Assembly: GCA_963783385.1 (NCBI GenBank)
Contig: CAWANJ010000007.1
Location: 1-64,000, forward strand
DNA from: an uncultured Gemmatimonadales bacterium
GTDB lineage: Bacteria; Gemmatimonadota; Gemmatimonadetes; Palauibacterales; Palauibacteraceae
DNA length: 64,000 bases
Direction: 5' to 3'
The translations under genes were made by a program, and so were the position numbers. The notes beneath the pieces were generated by a model. The model saw only the letters and a program-made list of their open reading frames with translations. It did no database searches and was not told the DNA's origin. This document shows, piece by piece, positions 52,087-64,000 of this stretch (within the stretch, counting starts at the first letter, position 1; each line of letters opens with the position of its first letter).

Positions 52087-53429
52087 CGACCGCCGACGCG
52101 ACCGTCCGGTCCGGCGAGCCGGTACGGGAGGCCGGGTGGATGCTGGACTACCGGACCGCGCTGGCGCTCACCTTCGCGGTCGGGTTCGCGGGCCTCTCGA
52201 TTCCCTACGGCGTGCCCCTGTACGCACCGCTGGCCGCCTACACGTTCCTCTGCCTGATGGCCACGGGACGCCTGGAATTCCCGGTCAACGCCGGGGTGCT
52301 GCTCGTGGCGCTGGCCGTGGCCTTCTACCTGCTCGGGCTCCTGAGGAGCGACCGGTTGTGGGGTCAGAACGTAGGCGACCTCAGGAACCTCGTGGGCGTG
52401 GCCCTCACGCTGCCGGCCCTGGCGGCGCTCTCGGAGCGCTCCGACTTCGAGTTGTTTCGGGCCCGGCTGGCGGCGCTGTGTGCCTGGCTCCTCGGGCTGA
52501 TCGGCGTCGTGGCCCTGGCCAAGTTCGCGCTCCTCACGCGGGGCATCAGGATCGGGGCCTTCACATCGCCCGCCGGAACCTACCCGTGGGGCAGTTCCCT
52601 GGTCGCCGATTACAACTTCTTCGCCTTCGGCATGCTGGTGGGGACCCTCTCGTGTCTCTTCCGGCAGGCCAGGATCGACGCCGGCTTCGAGCGGACGGTC
52701 CTCCGGACGCTGGCCGTGGTCACCGTGGTGGCCGGGATTCTGTCCAGCTCGCGCCGCTACTGGGTCGTGGCCGCCCTGGGTCTCCTGCTCCTCCTCGGAT
52801 ACGGGGCGTTCCGGCTCCTGGGGGCCGCCGTGCGGGTGAGCCGCGGCCGCATGTTCCTGCCCCGGCTCGCGGTGTGGATCGGGACCGCGCTCGTGCTGGC
52901 GGGGACGGGCTACCTGGGGTGGAGAGTGGCGACCTGGGGCGTGTCGGCCGACGCCTTCCGGGTGCTGTTCGTGCGGCTGTCGACGTTGCAGACCGGCACG
53001 GGGAGCTTCTCCTCCCGCACGGAGCGCTGGCGGCTGGCGGCTCGCATGGTCGAGGACGCGAGCCCGTGGCAGCTCCTCTTCGGCCAGGGCTTCTCCTACA
53101 TCCACCGCTTCGCCCTGCACTTCGGCGTCCCCGGTGGAGAGGACTACCCTCACAACCCGATCCTCTCGGCGATCCTCTACTCGGGGATACCGGGCGGGCT
53201 CGTCGTCGTGACCCTCATCGTCGGAGCCCTGGCCGGCTACGCGAGGCGGTGGGCGCGTGATAAGTTCTTCCTCGCCCTGTTCGTGTGTGGGCTCCTGTTC
53301 ATCCTTCCCAGCGAGAACAGCATGTTTTCGGTGAAGTTCTTCCCCCTCCTGCTCCTGCTGCCGTGGATGATGCCCGGGCGCGCTCGACCCGCTGCCGGGG
53401 CGAGGCTCGCGCAGGGAGCGGTCGGCTGA
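52083..53429 (+). CDS. Wzy polymerase / O-antigen ligase family
   Basis: multi-TM, DYN, SSSRR, SRTERW, FGQGF, YPHNPILS. Confidence 0.85.
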   Translation: MTTADATVRSGEPVREAGWMLDYRTALALTFAVGFAGLSIPYGVPLYAPLAAYTFLCLMATGRLEFPVNAGVLLVALAVAFYLLGLLRSDRLWGQNVGDLRNLVGVALTLPALAALSERSDFELFRARLAALCAWLLGLIGVVALAKFALLTRGIRIGAFTSPAGTYPWGSSLVADYNFFAFGMLVGTLSCLFRQARIDAGFERTVLRTLAVVTVVAGILSSSRRYWVVAALGLLLLLGYGAFRLLGAAVRVSRGRMFLPRLAVWIGTALVLAGTGYLGWRVATWGVSADAFRVLFVRLSTLQTGTGSFSSRTERWRLAARMVEDASPWQLLFGQGFSYIHRFALHFGVPGGEDYPHNPILSAILYSGIPGGLVVVTLIVGALAGYARRWARDKFFLALFVCGLLFILPSENSMFSVKFFPLLLLLPWMMPGRARPAAGARLAQGAVG

Positions 53430-54432
53430 TGCCGCGGGTCCGGCGCAGGGCGCTCGGAGTCGGCTTGGCGCTGGCGTGCGGGCTCGGCATCGCCCTGGCG
53501 GCGGCCGGATGCGGCGAATCTCCGCTCGCGCCTCCCAGGCTCCTGGGCATTCTCACACCGATCGGCGATTCCGGCGTCGAGGTCCGCATCCAGGACCAGG
53601 GCATCATGGACCGGGACGCGTCCACGATGTGGTACGACCAGTACTCGATCACGGCTCCCGACCTGGGGCCCGAGGACGACCAGGGCGTGCCGTTCGTCGA
53701 GGTGAACGGCCAGCTCTACTACCATCCCGTCAAGATCGCTCAGCGAGGGCTGCGCTTCCTGTGGACGTTCGGGCAGACGGGCGACTCCACGTACCTGGAC
53801 TACGCTTACCGCTTCGCGGCGCGACTGCGGGCCACGGCGGACGTGTCGAGCGACGGAGCGCGCTTCTATCCCTATCCCTACGACTTCGACCTGCACCACC
53901 GGTCCAGCGAGCGGATGGAGGCTCCGTGGTACAGCGGGATGGCGGAGGGGCAGGCGCTGTCTTTCTTCGTTCGACTGTATCGACTCACCGGCGATCCGTC
54001 CTATCGGGAGGCGGCCGACAGCACGTTCGCCACTTTCCTGACGCCCAAGACGCCGGAGGGTCACCCCGATCGGTTCGTCGCGCACGTGGACAGCTCCGGG
54101 TACTACTGGATCGACGAGTACCCGATGGTCCGCCAGAACAACGACACACTGAACGGCTTCATCTACGGCGTGTTCGGGCTGTACGAGTACTGGCGGCTGA
54201 GCGGTGATCCCGACGGGCCCGCCAGCTGGTGCTGGCGTCGCTCACCACGCTGCGGGCCTACCTTCCCGCGTTCCGCGTGGCGGGCGAGCCCAGCTACTAC
54301 TGCCTGCGGCACCGGGTCCAGGACCCCAAGTACCACGAGGTGCACGTCCAGGAGCTGCACCAGCTGGCGTTGATGTCGGGCGATGTCTACTTCCAGCAGA
54401 TGTCCGACCTCTTCCACCGCGATCACGGGTGA
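53429..54432 (+). CDS. D-glucuronyl C5-epimerase family lipoprotein (frameshift near 54225)
   Basis: RRR and lipobox AAGC; YPYDF, PWYSGMAEGQALS, WIDEYP, LNGFIYGVFGLYEY, SYYCL, YHEVHVQEL. Confidence 0.88.
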
Positions 54433-55652
54433 GGGTCGTCTACCTGCACCAGTACTTCAACACCCCGGCCATGAGCGGGGGGACGCGCTCGTACGAGATG
54501 GCCCGGCGCCTGGTCGAGGCGGGACACGCCGTCGACCTGATCACCTCCCGGCGGGACGCGTCGAGCCCAGCCGGCGGCTGGTCGGTCCAGGAGATCGATG
54601 GAATCCGTGTCCACTGGCTTCCGGTGCGCTACTCGAACCGCATGAGCTACCGGCGGCGGCTGGCATCCTTCCTTCGCTACTCGGTCGGGGCGGCTCGCCG
54701 GGCCGCCGGCATTCCCTGCGACGTGGTGTTCGCGACCAGCACACCGCTCACCATCGCCCTTCCCGGCATCGTGGCCTCGCGACGATGGAAAGTGCCGATG
54801 GTGTTCGAGGTACGGGACCTGTGGCCGGAGGTGCCGATCGCCATGGGAGCATTGCGCAATCCGCTCGCTCGCGGAGCGGCTCGGGCGCTCGAGCGGTGGG
54901 CCTACCGCAGCTCGGCCCGCATCGTCGCCCTGTCGGAGGGCATGGCTGAGGGTGTGCGTAGGACGGGGTACCCCGCCGACCGCGTCGTCGTGATTCCCAA
55001 CGCGTGCGACACGCGGATGTTCGATCCCTCGCCCGGTCCCGGCCGTGCTTTCCGAGAGGAGCACGCCTGGCTCGGGGACCGGCCGCTCGTCCTGTACGCG
55101 GGCACTCTGGGCCGGGTGAACGGAGTGGGCTACCTGGCGGAGATGGCCGCCGCCGTGAGGCCGCTCGATCCGCGGGTCCGGTTCCTGGTGGTCGGGGATG
55201 GGAGCGAGCGGGAGATCGTGGAGCGACGGGCTGCCGAGCTGGGCGTCCTCGGGACGACCTTCTTCATGCTCCCGCGCCAGCCCAAGCAGGCCATGCCGGC
55301 GCTCCTGTCGGCGTCCACCGTGGCGACCTCGGTCGTCGTCGACGTGCCCGAGCTGCAGCACAACTCGGCCAACAAGTTCTTCGACGCCCTGGCCGCCGGC
55401 CGCCCGGTCCTCATCAACCACGGGGGCTGGCAGGCGGACCTCCTTCGGGAGACCGGGGCGGGTATCGTCGTGCCTCCGGACCGTCCCTCGGAGGCCGCTC
55501 GCCTGCTCCACGAGCTGCTGGTGGATGGAGAGCGCCTGGCCGCGGCGGGCCGCCGTGCGCGCGAGCTGGCGGAGACGAGCTTCGACCGCGATCGGTTGGC
55601 CGGCCTGCTGGCGGACACCCTGGAAGCCGCCGTCGGGACCGGGGAGTCGTGA
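54429..55652 (+). CDS. GT4 glycosyltransferase (WbuB-like)
   Basis: YLHQYF...GGTRSYE, FEVRDLWPE, YAGTLG, SANKFFDALAAGRPV. Confidence 0.92.
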   Translation: MRVVYLHQYFNTPAMSGGTRSYEMARRLVEAGHAVDLITSRRDASSPAGGWSVQEIDGIRVHWLPVRYSNRMSYRRRLASFLRYSVGAARRAAGIPCDVVFATSTPLTIALPGIVASRRWKVPMVFEVRDLWPEVPIAMGALRNPLARGAARALERWAYRSSARIVALSEGMAEGVRRTGYPADRVVVIPNACDTRMFDPSPGPGRAFREEHAWLGDRPLVLYAGTLGRVNGVGYLAEMAAAVRPLDPRVRFLVVGDGSEREIVERRAAELGVLGTTFFMLPRQPKQAMPALLSASTVATSVVVDVPELQHNSANKFFDALAAGRPVLINHGGWQADLLRETGAGIVVPPDRPSEAARLLHELLVDGERLAAAGRRARELAETSFDRDRLAGLLADTLEAAVGTGES

Positions 55653-55656
55653 GCCG

Positions 55657-56310
55657 GTGACGGGAGGCCCGGCGTACCCCGGGAAGCGCTGGATGGACGT
55701 GGCGGGCAGCCTCGTCGGCCTCGTCCTCACCCTGCCCCTGACGGTCTTGATCGCGCTGGCCATCAAGCTGGAGGACCGGGGTCCGGGCCTCTACGTGCAG
55801 GAGCGGCTGGGATGCGGCGGCGAGCCCTTCCGGCTCCTCAAGTTCCGGAGCATGGTGGTGGGGGCCGACGGCATGGCGGAGGGGTATCGGATCCGGCGCG
55901 GGGACGAGCGAATCACGCGGGTCGGAAGCATCCTCCGCCGGTTCAGCCTGGACGAACTGCCCCAGCTCGTCAACGTGCTCCGGGGCGAGATGAGCCTCGT
56001 GGGACCCCGGCCGGCTCTCCTCAGGGACCTGGAGCGTTACTCGGAGGGGGAGCGGCGACGGCTGGACGTGAAGCCCGGGATCACGGGGCTTGCACAGATC
56101 TCGGGCCGCGCGTCCATTCCGTGGCGTGAGCGCATCTCGTACGATCTCGACTACGTCGATCGTGCCAGCTTCCTCCTGGACCTCAAGATCCTCGCGACCA
56201 CGGTGGCCCGTCTGTTTGCCGAGCGCGACGTGTACCCCTCGCAGGACCCCTGGACTCCGGACGCGACCGGGGACGGCAGTCCGGACTCCGACGGTGACGC
56301 CCGTGGCTGA
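55657..56310 (+). CDS. Bacterial sugar transferase (PglC-like)
   Basis: KRWMD, KFRSM, RFSLDELPQLVNVLRGEMSLVGPRP, VKPGITGLAQ. Confidence 0.92.
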   Translation: MTGGPAYPGKRWMDVAGSLVGLVLTLPLTVLIALAIKLEDRGPGLYVQERLGCGGEPFRLLKFRSMVVGADGMAEGYRIRRGDERITRVGSILRRFSLDELPQLVNVLRGEMSLVGPRPALLRDLERYSEGERRRLDVKPGITGLAQISGRASIPWRERISYDLDYVDRASFLLDLKILATTVARLFAERDVYPSQDPWTPDATGDGSPDSDGDARG

Positions 56311-57271
56311 GGCGCCGCGGTCACCGGCCGAGGACGTCGTCCGCCAGGCCAACGAGGCGCTCCTGGTCCTGGAGGATCGCCTGACGTCCGGCTTCGAGGG
56401 GCCCGGGCGACCGGTGACCTTCATCCTGGGACCGCCCCGCACGGGCACGACGCTCATCAGCCAGCTCCTGGCGGACCGCGGGGGCTTCGCGTACGTGAGC
56501 AACTTCCTGGCCCGCTTCTGGTTGGCGCCCTACGTGGGCTCCCGGCTGGAGCAGGAGGTCGGCGTGCGGGAGGTCCGTCCGCGCTCCACCTACCGGTCGC
56601 GATCGGGGGCCACGCGCGGTCCCGCGGAACCCCACGAGTTCACCTTCTTCTGGAACCGGTGGTTCGAGCTCGGCCAGGTCACCCAGAAGCTGGGGCCCGC
56701 CGAGCTGGAACGGGTGGACGCGGCCGGCCTGGCCCGGTCGGTGGGGGCCCTGGAGGCGGCCTGGGAGCGGCCGGTCGTGTTCAAGAACAGCTTCTGGTGC
56801 AATTTCCAGGTGGCCTTTCTGGCCGACCTGTTCCCGGGCTCGGTGTTCGTGCGCTGCCGGCGGGCGCCGGAGTGGGCCGCCCAGTCCATCGCGCTCAGCC
56901 GCGAGGCGCTGCTCGGGTCGCGGGAGCGCTGGTGGTCCATGAAGCCGGCCGAGTTCCCGCGCCTGCGCGACCTGCCCTGGTGGGAGCAGATCGCCGGCCA
57001 GGTGGCCTTCACCGAGCGCGAGCTGTCGCGCAGCCTGGCCGCCCTGGCTCCGGAGCGGGTGGTCGAGGCCCCCTACCTGGAGGTCTGCCGCGACCCGCGC
57101 GGGTTCGTGCAGCGGGTGGCCGAGGCCGTGCGGACCGCCGGGGGCGAGCTGCCACCGCCGGCCGCGCTGCCCGAGGGGTTCGAGCCCACCAACGAGGCGC
57201 GGATCGACCCGCGGGACGTCCGCCGCCTCGAGGAGGCTCTGGAGCGCTTCTCCTCCGGGGAGCCGGACTGA
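56294..57271 (+). CDS. PAPS-dependent sulfotransferase
   Basis: 5'-PSB loop FILGPPRTGTTLI, VFKN, 3'-PB-like RAPEWAAQS, Y.EVCRDP. Confidence 0.85.
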   Translation: MTPVAEAPRSPAEDVVRQANEALLVLEDRLTSGFEGPGRPVTFILGPPRTGTTLISQLLADRGGFAYVSNFLARFWLAPYVGSRLEQEVGVREVRPRSTYRSRSGATRGPAEPHEFTFFWNRWFELGQVTQKLGPAELERVDAAGLARSVGALEAAWERPVVFKNSFWCNFQVAFLADLFPGSVFVRCRRAPEWAAQSIALSREALLGSRERWWSMKPAEFPRLRDLPWWEQIAGQVAFTERELSRSLAALAPERVVEAPYLEVCRDPRGFVQRVAEAVRTAGGELPPPAALPEGFEPTNEARIDPRDVRRLEEALERFSSGEPD

Positions 57272-58371
57272 TGGGGAAGGTGGGAAGGGTGGGCGAGACC
57301 GGGACGGCCGAGGTCCTTACGCTCGCGGAGGACCGCGAGCGCTGGGAGGCGGTCGTGGCGGAGGTCGCCCGAGCACCGACGTGTACTTCACCGCCGGCTA
57401 CTACGGGACGTTCGAGGCGTACGAGGACGCCGGGGCGCGCATGTTCGTGTACGAGGAGGGAGGCGACCGGACGTGCTTTCCCTTCTTCCTGCGCCGCATT
57501 GGGGAGCAGGATCTGTTCGACGTCACCACGGCCTACGGCTACGGCGGCTTCCTGGTGCCGGAGCGCCGACGCGGCGACGCGTCGTACGCCGAGGGCCTGA
57601 CGGCCGCCCTGGACGATTACTACCTGCGGGCGGGGGTCGTGTCCGAGTTCGTGCGGTTCCATCCCGTGCTCCGAACGCAGACGTTCGCGCCGGTCGGGAC
57701 GCACTTCGTACAGCCCACGATCGCGGTCGACACGACGGCCGGACCCGGAGGAGATCTGGGAGCGCTACAGCGGATCGCAGCGGCGCGCCGTGCGCAAGGC
57801 CAGGCAGGCGGAGCTCGCGTTCGAGATTCGATCGGGGGCCTCGGCCGTGCCGGGCTGGCTCTCGGAGTTCTCGGACCTCTACCTTCGGACAATGCGGCGC
57901 GTGGGCGCCGCCGAGTGGTACCTGTTTCCGGAGACCCTGCTCGAGGAGCACGCACGGCAGATGGGCGGCCACGTTCTGCAGGTCTCGGTGCACGCCGATT
58001 CGGGCATGGTGGCCGGTGCGCTGCTCTTGTCCTGGAACGGCCATCTGCATTACCACCTTGGCGCCTCCGAGGCCGACGCGCTCCACCTTCGGCCCAACAA
58101 CTGGCTCTTCCACCGCGTGATCGAGTGGGCCCACGAGAACGGATACGCGAGCTTCCACCTGGGAGGCGGCGTGCACGGCGAGGACTCGCTGTACCGATTC
58201 AAGCGCGGCCTCGATCCGACCGGTCGGTGCGAGTTCCACGTCGGACGGCGTATCATCGAGCCCGAGGTCTACCGCGAGCTCGCCGACGCCTGGCGCGAGA
58301 CCGTGCCCGAGGAGGCCACCTTCGACCCGGACTACTTCCCGCTGTATCGCGCGAAGGTCGAGCATGACTGA
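57271..58371 (+). CDS. GNAT/FemAB-like acyltransferase, frameshifted
   Basis: TAYGYGG, SEFVRFHP, YHLGAS, FHLGGG...SLYRFKRG, YFPLYR. Confidence 0.8.
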
Positions 58372-59506
58372 CATCTCCCGCGGGACCACCGAGGCGCCGC
58401 CCCGGATCGGGATGTCGAGCCCCGACATCGACCCGGCCGACATCGAGGCCGTGCTCGAGGTGCTCCGGTCGGGCCGGCTGGCCCTGGGGCCCAGCGCCGA
58501 GGCCTTCGAGGCGCGGGTGGCCGAGCGCGCGGGCGTCGATCACGCGGTCGCGGTCAGCTCGGGCACCGCGGCGCTGCACCTGGCGGTCCGCGCGCTCGGG
58601 CTGGGACCGGGGGACGAGGTCCTGGTGCCTTCGTTCACCTTCGTGGCCAGCGTGAACGCCCTCCTGTTCGAGGGCGTCACGCCCGTGTTCGTGGACATCC
58701 GCCCGGACACGTACAACCTGGACCCCGACGACCTCGAGCGCCGCGTCACGCCGGGCGCCCGCGCTGTCATGACCGTGGACGTATTCGGCCACCCGGTGGA
58801 CTGGGACGAGATCCTGCCCATCGCCCGCCGCCACGACCTCCGGATCATCGACGACTCCTGCGAGGCGCTGGGCGCCGAATACGGCGGCCGGCCCGCAGGC
58901 GGCTTCGGCGACGTGGCGGCGTTCGCCTTCTACCCGAACAAGCAGATCACCACGGGCGAGGGAGGCATGGTGGTCACGGGCGACCCGGAGCTGGCCCAGA
59001 CGATCCGGAGCCTGCGGAACCAGGGCCGGGGCCGGATGGGCGCGTGGCTGCACCACGAGCGCCTGGGCTTCAACTATCGCATGGACGAGATGAGCGCCGC
59101 GCTGGGCGAGTCCCAGATGCGCCGCCTCGACGGGATCCTCGAGCGTCGGTCGCGCGTCGCCGCCCTGTACGGGGAGCGGCTCGCGGGCCTCGACGCCGTG
59201 CGGCTCCCCGTCGTGCGCGACGGCGTCCGCATGAGCTGGTTCGTCTACGTGGTCAGGCTCGATGCGACCCTGGACCGGGACCGCGTGATCGAGTCGCTCC
59301 AGGCGCAGGGCGTGCCGAGCCGCGGCTACTTCACCCCGGTCCACCGGCAGCCCTACCTGGCCGACCACCCGAGCGCGGCCCGGGCGCGTCTCCCGGTGAC
59401 CGAAGAAGCGGCCCGCCGGACGCTGGCCCTCCCCTTCCACGGAGGCCTCACGGAGAACGAGGTCGACCGGGTGGGCCGGGCGCTCGAGAAGGCCACCCGG
59501 TCATGA
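58364..59506 (+). CDS. DegT/DnrJ aminotransferase
   Basis: VSSGTAALH, DDSCEALG, FAFYPNKQITTGEGG, GFNYRMDE. Confidence 0.93.
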   Translation: MTDISRGTTEAPPRIGMSSPDIDPADIEAVLEVLRSGRLALGPSAEAFEARVAERAGVDHAVAVSSGTAALHLAVRALGLGPGDEVLVPSFTFVASVNALLFEGVTPVFVDIRPDTYNLDPDDLERRVTPGARAVMTVDVFGHPVDWDEILPIARRHDLRIIDDSCEALGAEYGGRPAGGFGDVAAFAFYPNKQITTGEGGMVVTGDPELAQTIRSLRNQGRGRMGAWLHHERLGFNYRMDEMSAALGESQMRRLDGILERRSRVAALYGERLAGLDAVRLPVVRDGVRMSWFVYVVRLDATLDRDRVIESLQAQGVPSRGYFTPVHRQPYLADHPSAARARLPVTEEAARRTLALPFHGGLTENEVDRVGRALEKATRS

Positions 59507-60603
59507 ACGGCGGCGAAGGCCCCGGACCGGCCCGCGGGCCGGCCAGCGGACCCGCCCGCGGGTCGGCCGCCTCCCGCGCGGCCCTCACGCCGCTCGAGGC
59601 CGCCAACGTCCTGCTGCGCCACTGGCGTCCGGTGGTCGGCGTGCCGCTGGCCCTGGCGTTCGTGGTCGGCCTCGCCGGCCTCCTGCGGCCGCGCGAGTAC
59701 ACCTCGGGGGCCAGCTTCATGCCCAACCAGGCGACCTCCAACAACACCGCCCTGGCCGGCATCGCGGCGCAGTTCGGCGTCAACATCGGGGCCCAGGCGG
59801 GCAACTCGCCCGAGTTCTACGCCGGCCTGCTCAGCTCCCACGACCTGCTGCGCTCGGCCGTGCTGTCCCGCTACGCGTCCTCCGCCGGCTCGCGCGACCT
59901 TGTCCAGATCTGGGAGGTCTCGGCCGGCGACTCGGCCCGGAGCGTCGAGAAGGCCATCACGCTGCTCGGCCGGCGCATGACCGTGGGGGTGCGCTCGCAG
60001 ACCGGCGTCGTGGAGGTCGCGGTGCAGACGCGGGATCCGTCGCTCTCGCGCCAGATCACGTCTCGGCTCCTCGACCTCGTCAATACCTTCAACCTGGACA
60101 CGCGCCAGTCGCAGGCCGGCGCGCAGCGGAAGTTCATCGCGGGCCGCCTCCAGGTGTCCCGGCGCCAGCTCCTCCAGTCCGAGGACAGCCTGCAGGCGTT
60201 CCTCGAGCACAACCGGAGCTACCAGAACTCCCCGGAGCTCCAGTTCGAGGAGTCCCGCCTGCAGCGGCACGTGGACCTGCGTCAGCAGGTGTACACCTCC
60301 CTGGCGCAGTCCTACGAGCAGGCCCGCATCGACGAGGTCCGGACGACGCCGGTCATCACCGTCGTGGATCCACCGGGGCTCCCGGCCCGACCCGATCGCC
60401 GCCACCTGTTCCTCTACGTGGGGATCGCGCTCGTCCTGGGGGGGATCGTGGGGATCGTGCTGGCTTTCGCGGCCAGCTATCTGGAGCGGGCCCGGGAGCT
60501 GGACCCCGGCGAGTTCGACGAGTTCAAAGCCGGATGGCGGTCGATGCTGGCCGACGTTCGCGGGCTGGCTCGCCGGCTGCGCCGGAGTCGTGGGGGGCCC
60601 TGA
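59503..60603 (+). CDS. Wzz/GumC-like chain-length determinant
   Basis: two TM flanking a coiled coil, QVYTSLAQSYEQARI, VVDPP.LP; no kinase domain. Confidence 0.8.
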   Translation: MNGGEGPGPARGPASGPARGSAASRAALTPLEAANVLLRHWRPVVGVPLALAFVVGLAGLLRPREYTSGASFMPNQATSNNTALAGIAAQFGVNIGAQAGNSPEFYAGLLSSHDLLRSAVLSRYASSAGSRDLVQIWEVSAGDSARSVEKAITLLGRRMTVGVRSQTGVVEVAVQTRDPSLSRQITSRLLDLVNTFNLDTRQSQAGAQRKFIAGRLQVSRRQLLQSEDSLQAFLEHNRSYQNSPELQFEESRLQRHVDLRQQVYTSLAQSYEQARIDEVRTTPVITVVDPPGLPARPDRRHLFLYVGIALVLGGIVGIVLAFAASYLERARELDPGEFDEFKAGWRSMLADVRGLARRLRRSRGGP

Positions 60604-60647
60604 AGCGGGCCCTGACGGGCATCGGGAGCGGTCGTTCGTTTCCGCTC

Positions 60648-60707
60648 AATGTCAGGCCTTGTCAATTCTTGTCAAAGACTGACATTTCTTGACAATGTCT
60701 GCCATCC
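60648..60707. promoter_or_regulatory. Phased TGNCA array / imperfect palindrome, copy 2
   Basis: pentamers at exactly 60650, 60660, 60670, 60680, 60690, 60700. Confidence 0.65.
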
Positions 60708-60830
60708 TCTCCGGAAGATGATCGGCAGCCCCTTTCCCCCCTCTCCTCCTCCTCCTCCTCGGAGCTCCACACCACCGCGCACCGTGGCCTCGATGCCCCG
60801 GGCCGACTCGCCCCGGTGAGTGGCCGCGGC

Positions 60831-62632
60831 TCAGCGGGCCATGGGCCACAGCAGCGGGATGAGGACCACCGCCAGCGTCCCGGCCAGGAGCTGGAGCGGG
60901 AGCCCGGCCTTGGTGAAGTCGGTGAAGCGGTATCCGCCCGGCCCGTACACCATGAGGTTCGTCTGGTAGCCCAGCGGCGTCGCCATGGACAGGGACGCGG
61001 CCACCGTGACGGCGATCACCAGCGGCCGGGCCGCCAGCCCCAGGGCCCCGGCCACCGAGATGGCCACCGGGAACATGAGGGCGGCGGCCGCGTTGTTCGT
61101 GATCAGCTCGGTGAGGACGAGGGTCGCCACGAATAGACCCGCCAGCACGCCGCGCGGCCCGAAGGAGGCCGACGCGTCCACGACGCCCTCGGCCAGGAGG
61201 GTGGCGGCGCCGCTCTTCTCCATGGCCACCGCGATCCCGAGCGCTGAGCCGATCACCACCAGGAGCGACCAGTCCACGGCGCGCTTCGCCTCGCCGGGGC
61301 TCAGGCATCCGGTCACTACCATGGACAGCCCGCCCAGCGCGGCCGCCAGCGTGATGGACACGAGCCCGGTCCCCGCCAGGACGACCACCGCGGCCAGGAC
61401 GAGGAGCGAGGTCCAGCGGTGCCGATGCCGCGGGGCCGCGCTGCCGTCCACGCGGCTCACCAGGTAGAAATCCGAGGAGTCCCGAAAGGCGCGGTCGAAC
61501 CCCGCGGCGGCCTCCAGCATGAGCGCGTCGCCCGGCCGGAGGACGATGTCCCCGATCCGCTTCTCGATGCGCTCTCCGTGGCGGTGGACGGCGATGACGG
61601 CGGCATTGTAGCGGGACCTGAAGTTGGCCTCCCGGATGCTGGAGCCGACCAGGGGCGAGCCGGGCGAGATCACCGCCTCGTGCAGCTCGAGCGCCTCGCC
61701 GCCCGCCCCGGCGGCATACGGGCCTCCGGCCCCGGGTTCTCTCTCCGGATCGCCGCCCGTCACGGGCTCCAGCCCCCGGAAGCGCCGCAGGTCCACGATC
61801 GTCTCGACGAGGCCGGCGAAGGTGAGCCGGTCGCCCTCGGCCAGCCGCTCGGCCGGTCCCACGGGCGCCACGATGCCGGTCGTGCGCTCGATCCGAACCA
61901 GGAACAGGCCGGGCAGGTGCCGGAGCCCCGCGTCCTCCACCGTGTGCCCGATCAGGGGAGACGGCGAGGTGAGGCGCATCTCGGCCAGGTAGCGCCGCGC
62001 GCTTTCGGCGTCGGCCTCGACCTGGCGCCGGTCGGGGAGCAAGTAGGGGCTTACCAGCACCAGGTAGGCCACCCCCACGACAGCGATCGGCACGCCAATG
62101 CCGGCCAGCTCGAAGAAGCCCAGCCCTGGCAGGCCGTGGCGCTTCATGAGTCCGTCGACCACCAGGTTGGTCGACGTCCCGATCAGGGTGCACAGGCCGC
62201 CCAGGATAGACGCGTAGGACAGCGGGATGAGCACGCGCGAGGGCGCGATCCCGCGGCGCCGGGACCAGCGGATGGCCACCGGGATCCCCATGGCCACGAT
62301 CGGGGTGTTGTTGAGGAAGGCGGAGGCGACCACCGTGGTGCCGGTGAGCCGCACGAGCGCCTGGCGCAGGGTGCGGGCCGTGCCGAGCACAAGGTCGGTG
62401 ACCACCTCCAGCACCCCGGTCACCTTGAGCCCGGCCGCCACCACCAGGAGTCCGGCGATCGTGAGGAGAACGGGGTTCGAGAAGCCGCGGAGGGCGGCTT
62501 CGAAGTCCAGCACCCCCGCCGCCACGAGGACGATGAGGGCGCCGAACAGGAGGACGTCGGGACTCAGGACCTCGCGGGCCAGCGCGACGATGGTGAGCGC
62601 CACCACCGCCAGCGTGATCGCCGCGTCGAGGC

Positions 62633-62636
<4 letters not shown>
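60831..62636 (-). CDS. SLC13-family permease with TrkA-C domains (probable sulfate transporter)
   Basis: SAFLNNTP, GGLCTLIGTSTNL, TELITNNAAA, TPLGYQTNLMVYGPGGY; coupled to sat. Confidence 0.9.
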
Positions 62637-63784
<1,148 letters not shown>

Positions 63785-63792
63785 GGCTCCCC

Positions 63793-64000
63793 CTACTCCT
63801 TCTCGTGCAGCCGGATGTACCCGCGCTCCTCGAGCCAGCCGAGGATCACGTCCACCGACTCGTCCGGGTCCATCCGGTCCGTCTCGATCACCAGCTCGGC
63901 CTCCTCGGGCTCCTCGTAAGGCGCGTCGATGCCCGTGAAGCCCTTGATCTCGCCCGCCCGGGCCTTCTTGTAGAGGCCCTTCGGGTCCCGCTCCTCGCAC
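63793..64000 (-). CDS. cysC: Adenylyl-sulfate kinase, C-terminal part (5' end outside window)
   Basis: minus-strand translation [30 protein letters not shown]. Confidence 0.9.
   Translation of the reverse strand, partial: CEERDPKGLYKKARAGEIKGFTGIDAPYEEPEEAELVIETDRMDPDESVDVILGWLEERGYIRLHEKE

Noticed and set aside
60732-60760. Polypyrimidine (CCT)n tract
   Set aside because: Short low-complexity intergenic tract with no evidence of function.

Overview
Very GC-rich bacterial DNA; the gene repertoire suggests Gemmatimonadota, but that is inference only. Most of the window is a mosaic of at least three Wzx/Wzy-type surface-polysaccharide loci. (1) 1-9009: glycosyl- and methyltransferases, a decayed carbamoyltransferase, wza and wzc. 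(2) 14.3-25.9 kb: a divergent, extremely GC-rich block with GT4s, methyltransferases, flippase, Wzy/ligase, a beta-propeller-like protein, a tandem GT4 and wecB. (3) 39.3-60.6 kb: gmd, PglF/CapD, a WbpB/D/E/I-type diacetamido-uronate pathway, flippase, Wzy, a lipoprotein D-glucuronyl C5-epimerase, a sulfotransferase, a GNAT, DegT and a Wzz-like protein. Locus 3 abuts a convergent cysC-sat-SLC13 sulfate uptake and PAPS operon; together they are a candidate system for a sulfated, C5-epimerised (glycosaminoglycan-like) polysaccharide. Between the loci are a toxin-antitoxin hotspot, two AAA/DUF4143 ATPases each with its own upstream repeat array, a DUF222-HNH element with REP-like palindromes, and a reciprocally decayed duplication (wzc end / ATPase start / PepSY). 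Two related 10-bp-phased TGNCA quasi-palindromes bracket locus 3. Many genes carry single-base frameshifts that look like long-read assembly errors, so coordinates of reconstructed genes are approximate.
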